Assembly (NCBI GenBank): GCA_963753695.1
Contig: CAVWDG010000015.1
Coordinates: 9,178-73,177, forward strand
Origin: an uncultured Actinomycetes bacterium
Lineage (GTDB): Bacteria; Actinomycetota; Thermoleophilia; UBA2241
Reading direction: 5' to 3'
Length of the DNA: 64,000 nucleotides
Part shown: piece after piece, positions 22,136 through 31,373 of the stretch
How the letters are laid out: every line of letters starts with the position of its first letter
Numbering within the stretch: the first letter of the stretch is position 1
Position numbers and translations under genes: made by a program
Notes under the pieces: generated by a model
Databases searched by the model: none
What the model saw: the letters and a program-made list of their open reading frames with translations, nothing else
What the model was told of the DNA's origin: nothing

Positions 22136-23227
22136 TCAGTGGTCCTTGAGGAAGCTGGGGATGTCGAGCACGTCGTCGCTGATCTCGAACGACGGCCGCG
22201 GCTCGGCTCCGAACACGCCCGGCGCGGGCGCCGGCGCCTGCGTCTGCGTCTTCTGCACAGGCCGCGACTCGGCGCTGCGCGGACCGTCGAAGCCGGTGGC
22301 GATGACCGTCACGCGCACCTCGTCGCCGAGAGCGGGATCGACCACGGCGCCGAAGATGATGTTGCAGTCGGCGTCGGCCGCGCTCGAGATGATCTCGGCG
22401 GCCTCGTTGACCTCGAACAGGCCGAGGTCGGCGCCGCCGGTGATGTTGAGCAGGATGCCCATGGCGCCTTCGACGCTGGCTTCGAGCAGCGGCGAGCTGA
22501 TGGCGGCCTTGGCGGCTTCGACGGCGCGGTTCTCGCCGCCGGCCACGCCGATGCCCATGAGGGCCGAACCGGCGTCCTTCATGACCGTACGCACGTCGGC
22601 GAAGTCCAGGTTGATGAGGCCGGGTACCGTGATCAGGTCGGTGATGCCCTGCACGCCCTGGCGCAGCACGTCGTCGGCGACCTTGAAGGCGTCGATGATC
22701 GAGGTCCGGCGCTCGACCACCTGCAGAAGGCGGTCGTTGGGGATGACGATCAGGGTGTCGACCTTCTCGCGCAGCTCGCGGATGCCGTCTTCGGCCTGCC
22801 GGGCGCGCCGCTTGCCCTCGAACACGAAGGGTCTCGTGACCACGCCGACCGTGAGCGCGCCGAGCTCTTTGGCGAGCTCGGAGATGACCGGCGCCGCACC
22901 GGTGCCGGTGCCGCCGCCCTTGCCCGCGGTGACGAAGACCATGTCGGCGCCCTTGATGGCGTCGCGCAGCTCGTCTTTGCTCTCGATGGCCGCCTGATAG
23001 CCGATGTCGGGGTTGGCGCCGGCCCCCAGGCCCCTCGTGATCTTGCTGCCGATGTGGATCTTGACGTCGGCATCGCACATCTGCAGGGCCTGGGCGTCGG
23101 TGTTCACGGCGATGAACTCGACCCCGCGCAGACCCGCGTCGACCATGCGATTGACCGCGTTCGTGCCTCCGCCGCCCACGCCGACGACTTTGATGACCGC
23201 GAGGTAGTTGCCTGAAGACTCGATCAT
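22136..23227 (-). CDS. ftsZ: Cell division protein FtsZ
   Basis: [28 protein letters not shown]-terminal LDIPSFL. Confidence 0.98.
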   Translation of the reverse strand: MIESSGNYLAVIKVVGVGGGGTNAVNRMVDAGLRGVEFIAVNTDAQALQMCDADVKIHIGSKITRGLGAGANPDIGYQAAIESKDELRDAIKGADMVFVTAGKGGGTGTGAAPVISELAKELGALTVGVVTRPFVFEGKRRARQAEDGIRELREKVDTLIVIPNDRLLQVVERRTSIIDAFKVADDVLRQGVQGITDLITVPGLINLDFADVRTVMKDAGSALMGIGVAGGENRAVEAAKAAISSPLLEASVEGAMGILLNITGGADLGLFEVNEAAEIISSAADADCNIIFGAVVDPALGDEVRVTVIATGFDGPRSAESRPVQKTQTQAPAPAPGVFGAEPRPSFEISDDVLDIPSFLKDH

Positions 23228-23235
23228 TTGGCCCT

Positions 23236-23389
23236 AACCCTCCTGTTGAAGTCGAGGCTTATGTCTTGCCGGCGACCACCATGGAGCGGCCCCTGAGGCT
23301 TGTTGAAAACTTGTGGAGCGTGGCTCAAGAAACGCATCGTTTGCTGGGATTTTGCTTGCTCACAAACCCTGAACGCCAAACTGAGACCG
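23236..23389. promoter_or_regulatory. Two palindromic operator-like boxes upstream of ftsZ
   Basis: AACCCTC-N11-GAGGCTT (23236-23260) and AACCCTG-N11-GAGACC (23365-23388). Confidence 0.6.
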
Positions 23390-23401
23390 AGCCACCTTCG
23401 T

Positions 23402-23431
23402 AGCATATGGGCCGCTTGCGCGGAGTGTCAA
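23402..23431 (-). promoter_or_regulatory. ftsZ promoter
   Basis: TTGACA-N18-TATGCT on the minus strand. Confidence 0.7.
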
Positions 23432-23446
23432 ACACTTCGGAGCCTC

Positions 23447-24553
23447 TCAGGGCGTGCTGGTCGGACTGCCCGACGCCGCAGGCGTCGGCGAGGTCGACGT
23501 CGCGCCGGGCGAGGCGCCCGGCGTGGGCGTCGTGCCGCCCACCACGGACTGCGAGGCGCCGCTCGACAGCAGGGGCGCGGCCAGCGGCCGGTCGGGCACC
23601 GAGACATCGACGAACGTGCAGGTCACGCCACGCGCGTGGTAGCGGCCGAGCACGGCCTTGAGGGCGATCACTTTGGCCGTGAGTCGCGCGGCGCCGCCGA
23701 ACTCGACCGTGAGGCCGCCGGCCGTGTAGATGCGGATGCTGGTGTCGGTCGCGCCCGCTCCCAGGACATCGCGCCGCAGGGCCGTCGGCAGGGCGCCGAG
23801 CACGGTGAGTGCGGCGCGCACGTGCGGGTCGCTCACCGTGGCGCCCACGGTGAGCGGTGTCGCGGACACGATCGCCGGCAGGCGCCGCGTGCCGCGGGGC
23901 AGCTTCACGTCGGCCGTCGGGCGCGGGATGGCGGTCGACGAGGGCGAGGGCGATGGGCTGGTATTCGGGGTCGCGGCGCCGGGCGAGGCGCTCGTCGAGG
24001 GCGAGACGCCGTCCGTGGGCTGCGTGCTCGTGGACGTCGCGGGCGAGGTGCTCGTCGACGTCGTGGGCTGCGTGCCCGTGGACGCCGTGGGCGAGGTGCC
24101 CGTGCTGGGCGAAGCGCCGGTGCCGGGCGAGGCCGTGCCCTTGGGCTGCTTGACGACGGCCACGGCCAGCACCCTGCCCTCTTTGGAGACCACATACCAG
24201 CGCCCGCCGCTCGACAGCAGGGCGGCCGGCACGTACTCGCTCATGTGCACCCGCAGCGTGCCGGGGAAGTCGCGATTCACCGATACCCGGGCCACGAACG
24301 GAAAGCCGGAGAGCGCCGCCCGCACGCGGCCCGTGGTGACCAGAAAGAGGTTGGAGCCCAGAAAGCGCCGTCGCAGGGTCCCGTTGAGGGCCTTGTCGTG
24401 CGCCGGGCGGGCGCCGGAGAGGACGATGTGGCGCACGCGAAACGTGCCCGACGTGCGCCCCCAGGCAAAGACGCCCAGCGGCACGGCGACGATGAGCACG
24501 ACCAGCACGGCGGTCAGGATGGGGTGCCGCCGACGTGTGCCGCCGTCGCTCAT
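23447..24553 (-). CDS. ftsQ: Cell division protein FtsQ/DivIB
   Basis: One TM helix, POTRA-like region (GSNLF, PFVARVSVNRDFPGTLRVHMSE), VDVSVPDRP; position before ftsZ. Confidence 0.88.
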   Translation of the reverse strand: MSDGGTRRRHPILTAVLVVLIVAVPLGVFAWGRTSGTFRVRHIVLSGARPAHDKALNGTLRRRFLGSNLFLVTTGRVRAALSGFPFVARVSVNRDFPGTLRVHMSEYVPAALLSSGGRWYVVSKEGRVLAVAVVKQPKGTASPGTGASPSTGTSPTASTGTQPTTSTSTSPATSTSTQPTDGVSPSTSASPGAATPNTSPSPSPSSTAIPRPTADVKLPRGTRRLPAIVSATPLTVGATVSDPHVRAALTVLGALPTALRRDVLGAGATDTSIRIYTAGGLTVEFGGAARLTAKVIALKAVLGRYHARGVTCTFVDVSVPDRPLAAPLLSSGASQSVVGGTTPTPGASPGATSTSPTPAASGSPTSTP

Positions 24554-26043
24554 CGGCCGGCGCCGGCGTCTCCGGGCGGCGCGCCGGCGAGGTTCGCCAG
24601 CAGCCGCTCGCCGACGTGCACCACGTCGCCGGCGCCGATAGTGAGGACCAGGTCGCCGGGACGCACCCGGGCCTGGAGATGGCGTACCGCGTCGGAGAGG
24701 CGCGGCAGGTAGAAGACCGGCCCGCCGGGACGCTCCATGAGGTAGGCGTCGACGACGAGCTTGCCCGTCACGCCGGGCTCGGGCTCTTCGCGCGCCGGGA
24801 AGATGTCGGTGACGATGGCTTCGTCGGCCATGGTCAGCGCCCGGCCGAACTCGCGCTGCAGGTAGCGCGTGCGTGAGAACAGGTGGGGCTGAAAGACGGC
24901 GATGACCCGCCGGTACGAGCCGCTGCGCGCCGCCTTGAGCGTGGCGGCGACCTCGGTGGGGTGATGCGCGTAGTCGTCGATCACCACGATGCCGTCGCGG
25001 CGCCCGACCTCCTGGAAGCGGCGCGCCGCGCCGCTGAAGGTGGCGAGCTGCGGCGCCGCCTCGTCGAAGCTCACGCCGACGTGGGCGAGCGCCCCGAGGG
25101 CGCCCAGGGCGTTCATCACGTTGTGCTCCCCGGGCACGCGCAGCTCGACGCGGCCCAGGCGCTCGCCGCCCTCGCGCACCTCGAACACGCTGCCGCGGTC
25201 GTCGACCCGCTCGATAAGCGCGGTGAGATCGGGGCCATCGCCCTCGCGGTCCACCCTCGGGCGCACGCCGGCCAGGCGGCCGGCGCCGGGCGCGCGAGCG
25301 GACGGCGCCTCGCCGGCCTCGCCGGCCAGGCTGTAGCGCACCACCTGGGCTTCGGTCTCGCCCTCGAGGAACGCGGTGCTCGCGTCGCGCGCCACGACCA
25401 GGCGGCCGCTGGGCGGCAGCAGGGCGACGAAGCGCCGGAACACGTCGCGCACATCGGCCAGGCAGCGGTAGTTGGCGTGGTGGTCGAGCTCGACGTTGGT
25501 GACCACGCCGACCTCGGGGCGCAGGAACAGCAGGCTGCCGTCGCTCTCGTCGGCCTCGGCCACGAGCCACTCGCCGTCGCCCACATCGGCGTTGGAGCCG
25601 ACGTCGTTCAAGTCGCCGCCGACGAGGAACGTGGGCTTGCGGCCGCAGCGCAGCATGGCGTGGGTGATCATCGACGAGGTCGTCGTCTTACCGTGGGTGC
25701 CGGCCACCGCCACGCCGCGGCGCGTGGCCATGATGCGGGCCAGCATCTCGGCGCGCTGCAACACGGGCAGGCCGCGGCGGCGCGCTTCTTGCAGCTCGGG
25801 ATTGCCCGGCGGGATGGCCGACGAGATCACGACGAGCGCCGCGTCGCCGACCTGGGCGGCGTTGTGGCCTATGCAGATGGGCACGCCGGCCTCGGCCAGG
25901 TGGCGCGTGTAGCGCGAGACTTTCAGATCGGAGCCGGTGACGGCGACCCCGAGCTTGGAGAGCACCACGGCGATGCCGCTCATGCCGGCCCCTCCGACAC
26001 CGATCAGATGGACCGGCTGGGGAATGCCTGTCTCGTGCTTCAC
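24550..26043 (-). CDS. murC: UDP-N-acetylmuramate--L-alanine ligase
   Basis: IGVGGAGMS, AGTHGKTTT, EADESD, DDYAHHP. Confidence 0.97.
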   Translation of the reverse strand: MKHETGIPQPVHLIGVGGAGMSGIAVVLSKLGVAVTGSDLKVSRYTRHLAEAGVPICIGHNAAQVGDAALVVISSAIPPGNPELQEARRRGLPVLQRAEMLARIMATRRGVAVAGTHGKTTTSSMITHAMLRCGRKPTFLVGGDLNDVGSNADVGDGEWLVAEADESDGSLLFLRPEVGVVTNVELDHHANYRCLADVRDVFRRFVALLPPSGRLVVARDASTAFLEGETEAQVVRYSLAGEAGEAPSARAPGAGRLAGVRPRVDREGDGPDLTALIERVDDRGSVFEVREGGERLGRVELRVPGEHNVMNALGALGALAHVGVSFDEAAPQLATFSGAARRFQEVGRRDGIVVIDDYAHHPTEVAATLKAARSGSYRRVIAVFQPHLFSRTRYLQREFGRALTMADEAIVTDIFPAREEPEPGVTGKLVVDAYLMERPGGPVFYLPRLSDAVRHLQARVRPGDLVLTIGAGDVVHVGERLLANLAGAPPGDAGAGR

Positions 26044-27155
26044 GCTCGACTCCTCGCTTGTTCGCGGCCGGCCAGCAGCGCCTCGACCTGGTCGGCGACG
26101 CGCTGCGTGGCGTCGGGCCGCCCGGCCGCCCGGCTGGCGGCCGCCATGCGCGCGAGGCGCGTGGGGTCGCCCAGCAGCTCGCCGACCAGGCTGCCCAGCA
26201 GCGCTCCGGTCAGGTCGGCGTCGGCGACCACGACGGCGGCCCCCGCGGCGGCCATGAAGGCCGCATTCTTGCTCTGATGATCGGCGGTGGCGAAAGGATA
26301 GGGGACCAAAACGGCCGGCCGGCCCAGGGCCGCGATCTCGGCGACCGAGCCGCCCGCACGACCGACCACCAGAACGGCCGCCGCCATGGCGTGCGCCAGG
26401 TCGTCAGTGTAGGGCAGCAACCGGTAGCGCTCAACGTCGGCGCCGCGCGCGGCGAGCGCCGCCGTCATCTCGTCGAAGTGTCGCGGCCCGCAGACGTGCA
26501 GCACCTGCAGCGCGAGCGGTCCCGTGCCGAAGGCCTCGAGGCAGGCGCGGTTCAGGCTCTGCGCGCCCTGGCTGCCGCCGAAGACGAGCAGCACCGGCAG
26601 CGCAGGGCGAAGGCCGAAGGCGGCGCGGCCCGTGGCGGCGTCGGCGTCTAACTGCGCCGCCGACAAGGGGCGCCCGGTGAGCACGAACCGGGGCGGCTCG
26701 CGACCCTCGATCGGAAAGCTCAGGCAGACGCGCGACACGAGCGTCGAGAGAAGCCGGTTCGTGACGCCCAGGTGGGCGTCGCTCTCGATGGCCAGGGCCG
26801 GCACGCGGCGCAGGGCCGCCGCCGCGATCACGGGCCCGCTCAGGTAGCCGCCGCCGCCCACCGCGACCTGGGGGCGCGCCGCCGAGACGATGCCCCACGA
26901 ACGCGGCGCGGCGGCCGCCAGGCGCCACAGCGTCACGGCGTTCTCGCGGGCCAGCAGGCGGCGCTCGAAGCCGCGCATCTCGAGTGCGTAGGCGGGAAAC
27001 CGCTCGGCGACGCGTTCGAGCTGCGACGGAGTGGTGACGAAGGTGACGAGAGCGCCCCGCGCGGTGAGCTCGTCAGCGACCGCGAGAGCCGGGGTGAGAT
27101 GCCCCCCCGTCCCTCCCGCCGCCACGAGGACGCGAATGTCGTTCAGTGCTGGCAA
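26040..27155 (-). CDS. murG: Lipid II GlcNAc transferase MurG
   Basis: GGTGGH, GGGYLS, FGGSQGA, PYP..DHQ..NA. Confidence 0.96.
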   Translation of the reverse strand: MPALNDIRVLVAAGGTGGHLTPALAVADELTARGALVTFVTTPSQLERVAERFPAYALEMRGFERRLLARENAVTLWRLAAAAPRSWGIVSAARPQVAVGGGGYLSGPVIAAAALRRVPALAIESDAHLGVTNRLLSTLVSRVCLSFPIEGREPPRFVLTGRPLSAAQLDADAATGRAAFGLRPALPVLLVFGGSQGAQSLNRACLEAFGTGPLALQVLHVCGPRHFDEMTAALAARGADVERYRLLPYTDDLAHAMAAAVLVVGRAGGSVAEIAALGRPAVLVPYPFATADHQSKNAAFMAAAGAAVVVADADLTGALLGSLVGELLGDPTRLARMAAASRAAGRPDATQRVADQVEALLAGREQARSRA

Positions 27156-28593
27156 CGATGTAACTCCTGCGGTTGCTTGCGATGTTGGCCACGATGCCGA
27201 CCCCGGCCAGGACGACGACGAGACTGGTGCCGCCGAACGAAACGAGCGGCAAGGGCACGCCGGTGAGCGGCAGCACGCCGAGCGCGGCGCCGATATTGAC
27301 GGCGGCCTGCACGCCGATGGCGCTGCCGATGCCGGCGGCGAGCAGCTTGCCGTAGGGCTCCTTGCTGCGCAGCGCTATGCGGAAGATCGTCCACACGAGC
27401 GTCACGTAGAGGGCGATCAGCACGAGCAGCCCGATCAGGCCGAGCTCCTCACCGATGATACCTGTGATCGAGTCGGTGGTCTGTTCGGGCAGAAAGCCGA
27501 ACTTCTGGATGGAGTTGCCCAGGCCCACGCCGAACAGGTGGCCCGAGGCGATCGAGATGAGCGACTGCACGGTCTGCATGCCGGCGCCGCGCGGGTCCTT
27601 CCAGGGGTTCACGAACGAGGTCAGGCGCGCCATGCGGTACGGCTCGACCACGATGGCCAGGGCGATCGCGGCCACCGCCAGCGAGCCGGCCGTGACCAGG
27701 TGGCGCACGCGAGCTCCGGCCGCCACGACGACCGCGACCACGGCCAGCACCAGGATGATGGTCGTACCCATGTCGGGTTCGGCCATGATGAGCACCGCCG
27801 CCGGCCCTATGCCGAGGGCGAGGGTGCGCACGAAGCCGCCGGCGGTGAGCACCTCGCCCGGGCGCTTGATGACGAGACCGGCGACGAGCATGACGCTGGC
27901 GAGCTTGGCGAGCTCGCTCGGCGAGTACGAGAAGCCCGCCACGATGATCCAGCGTCGCGCCCCGTTGACCGAGGTGCCGATGCCCGGCACCAGCACGACG
28001 AGCAGGCTGAGCAGGGCGAAGACCCACAGCGGCGTGGCGACGCGCCGCCAGACCGCGTAGTCGACGCGCGCGAGCACGACCATGACGATCACGCCGACGA
28101 CGGCGAAGAACACCTGGCGTTCGATCAGGTACCAGCTCGAACCGTACGCGAAGAAGGCCTTGGCGGTCGAGGCGCTATAGGCCATGACGAGGCCATAGAG
28201 CAGCAGCAGGCAGGTCGTGGTGAGCAGCACGGCGCGGTCGGTGATGCCCGGAGCGGCGGCGCGGCGGCGAGCTGCGCTGCGCCGCTCGGCGGCGGCGACG
28301 GTGCTCCCCGGATCGGCCGGCTCGCGCGCCGGGCGCGAGCGCTCCCCGGGTGCGGCGGCGCGGCGCTGCCCGGCGCGACGCTCGGCCGCGCGGCGCTGGG
28401 CGGCCGTCTCGGCCGGGGCGCTGCGGCGCTCGGCGGCACGGCGTTCGGGAGCGGGGTCGGTCGCGGCGCGACGCTCGGAGGGCGGCGCGGCGCGGCGCTC
28501 AGACGACCCGGCGGCGCGGCGGCGCTCGGGCGCCGGCTCGAGCCAGTGCGGGCTCTGGGGCTCTTTGCTTGTCCCGGGCACGCGGCCGGTCAT
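27073..28593 (-). CDS. ftsW: Peptidoglycan polymerase FtsW
   Basis: GLVMAYSAS, NGARRWI, PSELAK, EPDMGT, GEELG, GVPLPLVSFGG. Confidence 0.95.
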   Translation of the reverse strand: MTGRVPGTSKEPQSPHWLEPAPERRRAAGSSERRAAPPSERRAATDPAPERRAAERRSAPAETAAQRRAAERRAGQRRAAAPGERSRPAREPADPGSTVAAAERRSAARRRAAAPGITDRAVLLTTTCLLLLYGLVMAYSASTAKAFFAYGSSWYLIERQVFFAVVGVIVMVVLARVDYAVWRRVATPLWVFALLSLLVVLVPGIGTSVNGARRWIIVAGFSYSPSELAKLASVMLVAGLVIKRPGEVLTAGGFVRTLALGIGPAAVLIMAEPDMGTTIILVLAVVAVVVAAGARVRHLVTAGSLAVAAIALAIVVEPYRMARLTSFVNPWKDPRGAGMQTVQSLISIASGHLFGVGLGNSIQKFGFLPEQTTDSITGIIGEELGLIGLLVLIALYVTLVWTIFRIALRSKEPYGKLLAAGIGSAIGVQAAVNIGAALGVLPLTGVPLPLVSFGGTSLVVVLAGVGIVANIASNRRSYIVASTERHSRPRGGGRDGGASHPGSRGR

Positions 28594-30038
28594 GTGGCCG
28601 AGCGCTCCCGGAGGGCCTCGACGAGCGCCGTGAAGTGCTCGCCGCGGTGCTCGAAGTTGCGGTAGTGGTCGAAGCTCGCGCAGGCCGGGCTGAGCAGCAC
28701 GACGTCGCCCGGCGCAGAGGCGGCGGCGGCGTGGTCCACGGCGGCCGCGAGGTCGGGCAGCACCACGAAGGGCGTCGCCCTCTCCCCCACCGCGGCGCGG
28801 CGGCGCTCGAAGGCTTCGCGCAGCGGAGTGGCTGCGGCGCCGATCAGGATGGCTTCTTTGACGCGCCCCTCGGTGGCCACGGCCAGCGGGTCGAACGAGG
28901 CGCCCTTGAGCGATCCCCCCAGGATCATGTGGACGGGGCCGAAGTAGGCGGTGAGCGCCTTGACGGCGGCGTCGACGTTGGTCGCCTTGGAGTCGTTCAC
29001 CCAGGTGACGCCGCCGACCTCGCCCACGACCTGCAGGCGGTGGGCGACGCCGGGAAAGGTCTGCAGCGTGGCGGCGATGCCGGCGGCGGGCACGCCGAGC
29101 GCCGCCGCGGCGGCGGCGGCCGCCAGCGAGTTGGCCACGTTGTGGACGCCCTTCAGGGCCAGGGCGGCGACCGGGCAGAGCTCGGTACGCCCCTCGGCGG
29201 TCTGCAGCCACAGCGTGCCGTCCGTCACGCCGGCGAGCTCGGCGAAAGCCGTGTGGCTCGCGCCGCCGTCGGGAGCCACCGGCACGACCGGTGTGCCCAG
29301 CGAGAAGCCGCCGCGCCTGCCGTTCCCGGGCAGGCGCGCGGCGATGCCGGCGGTGTCGGGGTCGTCGAGGTTCACCAGGGCGAGGTCGGCGGGCGTCTGG
29401 TTTTCGAAGACGCGCAGCTTGGCGTCGATGTAGCCGGCGTAGCTGCCGTGGCGGTCGATGTGGTCCTCGGTCAGGTTGAGCAACACGGCGACGTCGGGCC
29501 GGAAGCGCTCGATGTGCTCGAGCTGAAAGCTCGAGAGCTCGGCCACCACGACCGCGTCGGGAGCGACCATGCCGGGCAGGCCGGCGAGGGCGCGGCCCAC
29601 GTTGCCGGCCACCTCGACGGGTCGCCCCGCGTCGCGCAGGATCTGGCCGGTGAGCTCGGTCGTCGTGGTCTTGCCGTTGGTGCCGGTGATGGCGATCCAG
29701 CGGTTGGTAAGAAAGCGCGCCGCGAACTCGACCTCGCTCCAGATGGGCACTCCGCGGCCGAGCGCGGCGGCCACCACCGGTGAGCTCGTGGGCACGCCGG
29801 GGCTCTTGACGAGCAGCTCGACCCCGGCGGGCAGCGCGGCCTCGTCGCCGAGCAGCAGGTCGACCCCGGCGGCGCGCAGCTCCGCCGGCGCCGACCCCAG
29901 GTCGGTTTCGGCCTTGGCGTCGATCGCCACGACGGCGGCGCTGGGCAGCACGCGCCGCGCAAGCAGCGCCGCCGCGCGGCCGGAACGGCCCAGGCCGACG
30001 ACGGCCAGCGAGCGCAGATCGGCGATGGCTACGGTCAC
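28590..30038 (-). CDS. murD: UDP-MurNAc-L-Ala--D-glutamate ligase
   Basis: VGLGRSG, ITGTNGKTTT, ELSSFQL, NDSKATN, LSPACASFD. Confidence 0.97.
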   Translation of the reverse strand: MTVAIADLRSLAVVGLGRSGRAAALLARRVLPSAAVVAIDAKAETDLGSAPAELRAAGVDLLLGDEAALPAGVELLVKSPGVPTSSPVVAAALGRGVPIWSEVEFAARFLTNRWIAITGTNGKTTTTELTGQILRDAGRPVEVAGNVGRALAGLPGMVAPDAVVVAELSSFQLEHIERFRPDVAVLLNLTEDHIDRHGSYAGYIDAKLRVFENQTPADLALVNLDDPDTAGIAARLPGNGRRGGFSLGTPVVPVAPDGGASHTAFAELAGVTDGTLWLQTAEGRTELCPVAALALKGVHNVANSLAAAAAAAALGVPAAGIAATLQTFPGVAHRLQVVGEVGGVTWVNDSKATNVDAAVKALTAYFGPVHMILGGSLKGASFDPLAVATEGRVKEAILIGAAATPLREAFERRRAAVGERATPFVVLPDLAAAVDHAAAASAPGDVVLLSPACASFDHYRNFEHRGEHFTALVEALRERSAT

Positions 30039-30236
30039 GTTCCTTCCTTCCTGCAGCGGCTCGTGCCGTCGCACTGCCCGGGCGGCCGAGGCCCGACTGC
30101 GCCTGAGCTGGCGACGGCCTGTGGCTGCCCTGCACCTCGGCCGGGGATGGTCCTGCGGCCACGCCTGCGCCCGCCGCACGTCGCGGCCTTGATAGAGGGG
30201 GGTTCAGGCGCGCGACGCCGAACCCTGCACCGTTGG

Positions 30237-30384
30237 GTCTCGACCTCTCCTTGAGCCACCCTCGACTACTCCTTGAGGGTCTCCCTGAAGCGCCACTCGA
30301 ACCCCGTCTCAGCAGGCTGCGTCCCAGCGCCGTGTGCAGGACAAAGGGCCGCTCCGCGCCTACGTTCGAGGCGAAGGTGAGGGT
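30237..30384. promoter_or_regulatory. Array of CTC-N11-GAG operator-like boxes between mraY and murD
   Basis: GTCTC-N11-GAGCC, ACCCTC-N11-GAGGGT, CCCTG-N11-GAACC, GTTC-N11-GAGGGT. Confidence 0.55.
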
Positions 30385-30386
30385 CG

Positions 30387-31373
30387 CTAGAAGGTCGCGT
30401 AGTAGATCGCGAAGCCGAGGCCCGCGAAGATCGCCGCCACGATCCAGAAGCGCACGATCACCTTGGTCTCAGACCAGTTGAGCAGCTCGAAATGGTGGTG
30501 CAGCGGGGCCATCAGGAAGATGCGCTTGCCGGTCAGCTTGAACGACGCCACCTGCAGGATGACCGACAGCCCCTCCAGCACGAACAGCCCGGCGATCACG
30601 ATGAGCAGCAGCTCGGTGCGCGTGAGGATGGCCATGCCGGCGATGGCGCCGCCCAGGCCCAGCGAGCCGGTGTCGCCCATCATCACGTCGGCGGGGAACG
30701 TGTTGAACCACAGAAAGCCGAGGCAGGCGCCGACGATGCAGGTGGAGAGCACCGAGAGGTCGAGCAGCCCGGGGTCGGGCAGGTGGCGGCCGATGATGAA
30801 GGCGATGCCGGCGTAGGCCACGAGCACGATGGCGACGCTGCCCGCGGCGAGGCCGTCGAGCCCGTCGGTCAGGTTGACGGTGTTGCTGGCCGCGGAGATC
30901 ACGAGAAAGACCAGGATGTAGAAGCCGATGGTGCCCACGTGCCACTGGGAGTGCGAGAAGGGGATCGAGACGCTCGTCGTCAGGCCGGCGAAGTGCAGGG
31001 CGATGAAGCCGGCGAGCAGCCCCAGGAGGAGTTGCAGGAGCATCTTCCAGCGCGCCGAGAGCCCCAGCGAGCGGCCCTTGATGATCTTCATCCAGTCGTC
31101 GGCGAAGCCGATCAAGGCGCAGCCGAGGGCGATCACCAGTACCGAGAACGAGGCCACCGAGAGCTGGCTGAAGATGAAGAACGGCACCAGCACGGCCAGC
31201 CAGATGAGAACGCCGCCCATGGTCGGCGTGCCGGCCTTGGTCTTGTGGCCCTCGGGGCCCTCTTCGCGGATCGTCTGGCCGAACTCGTTGCGGCGCAGCC
31301 ACTCGATGAACCAGGGGCCGACGATAAGGATGACCACCATCGAGGTGATGCCGGCGGCAAGGGCGGTGAACAT
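30387..31373 (-). CDS. mraY: Phospho-N-acetylmuramoyl-pentapeptide transferase
   Basis: KAGTPTMGG, GFADD, NLTDGLDGL, MGDTGS, MAPLHHHFE. Confidence 0.97.
   Translation of the reverse strand: MFTALAAGITSMVVILIVGPWFIEWLRRNEFGQTIREEGPEGHKTKAGTPTMGGVLIWLAVLVPFFIFSQLSVASFSVLVIALGCALIGFADDWMKIIKGRSLGLSARWKMLLQLLLGLLAGFIALHFAGLTTSVSIPFSHSQWHVGTIGFYILVFLVISAASNTVNLTDGLDGLAAGSVAIVLVAYAGIAFIIGRHLPDPGLLDLSVLSTCIVGACLGFLWFNTFPADVMMGDTGSLGLGGAIAGMAILTRTELLLIVIAGLFVLEGLSVILQVASFKLTGKRIFLMAPLHHHFELLNWSETKVIVRFWIVAAIFAGLGFAIYYATF

Noticed and set aside
27073-30162. 1029-aa FtsW and the many long antisense ORFs
   Set aside because: The upstream part is an off-frame shadow of murD; Arg/Ala/Pro-rich shadow ORFs are expected at this GC content.
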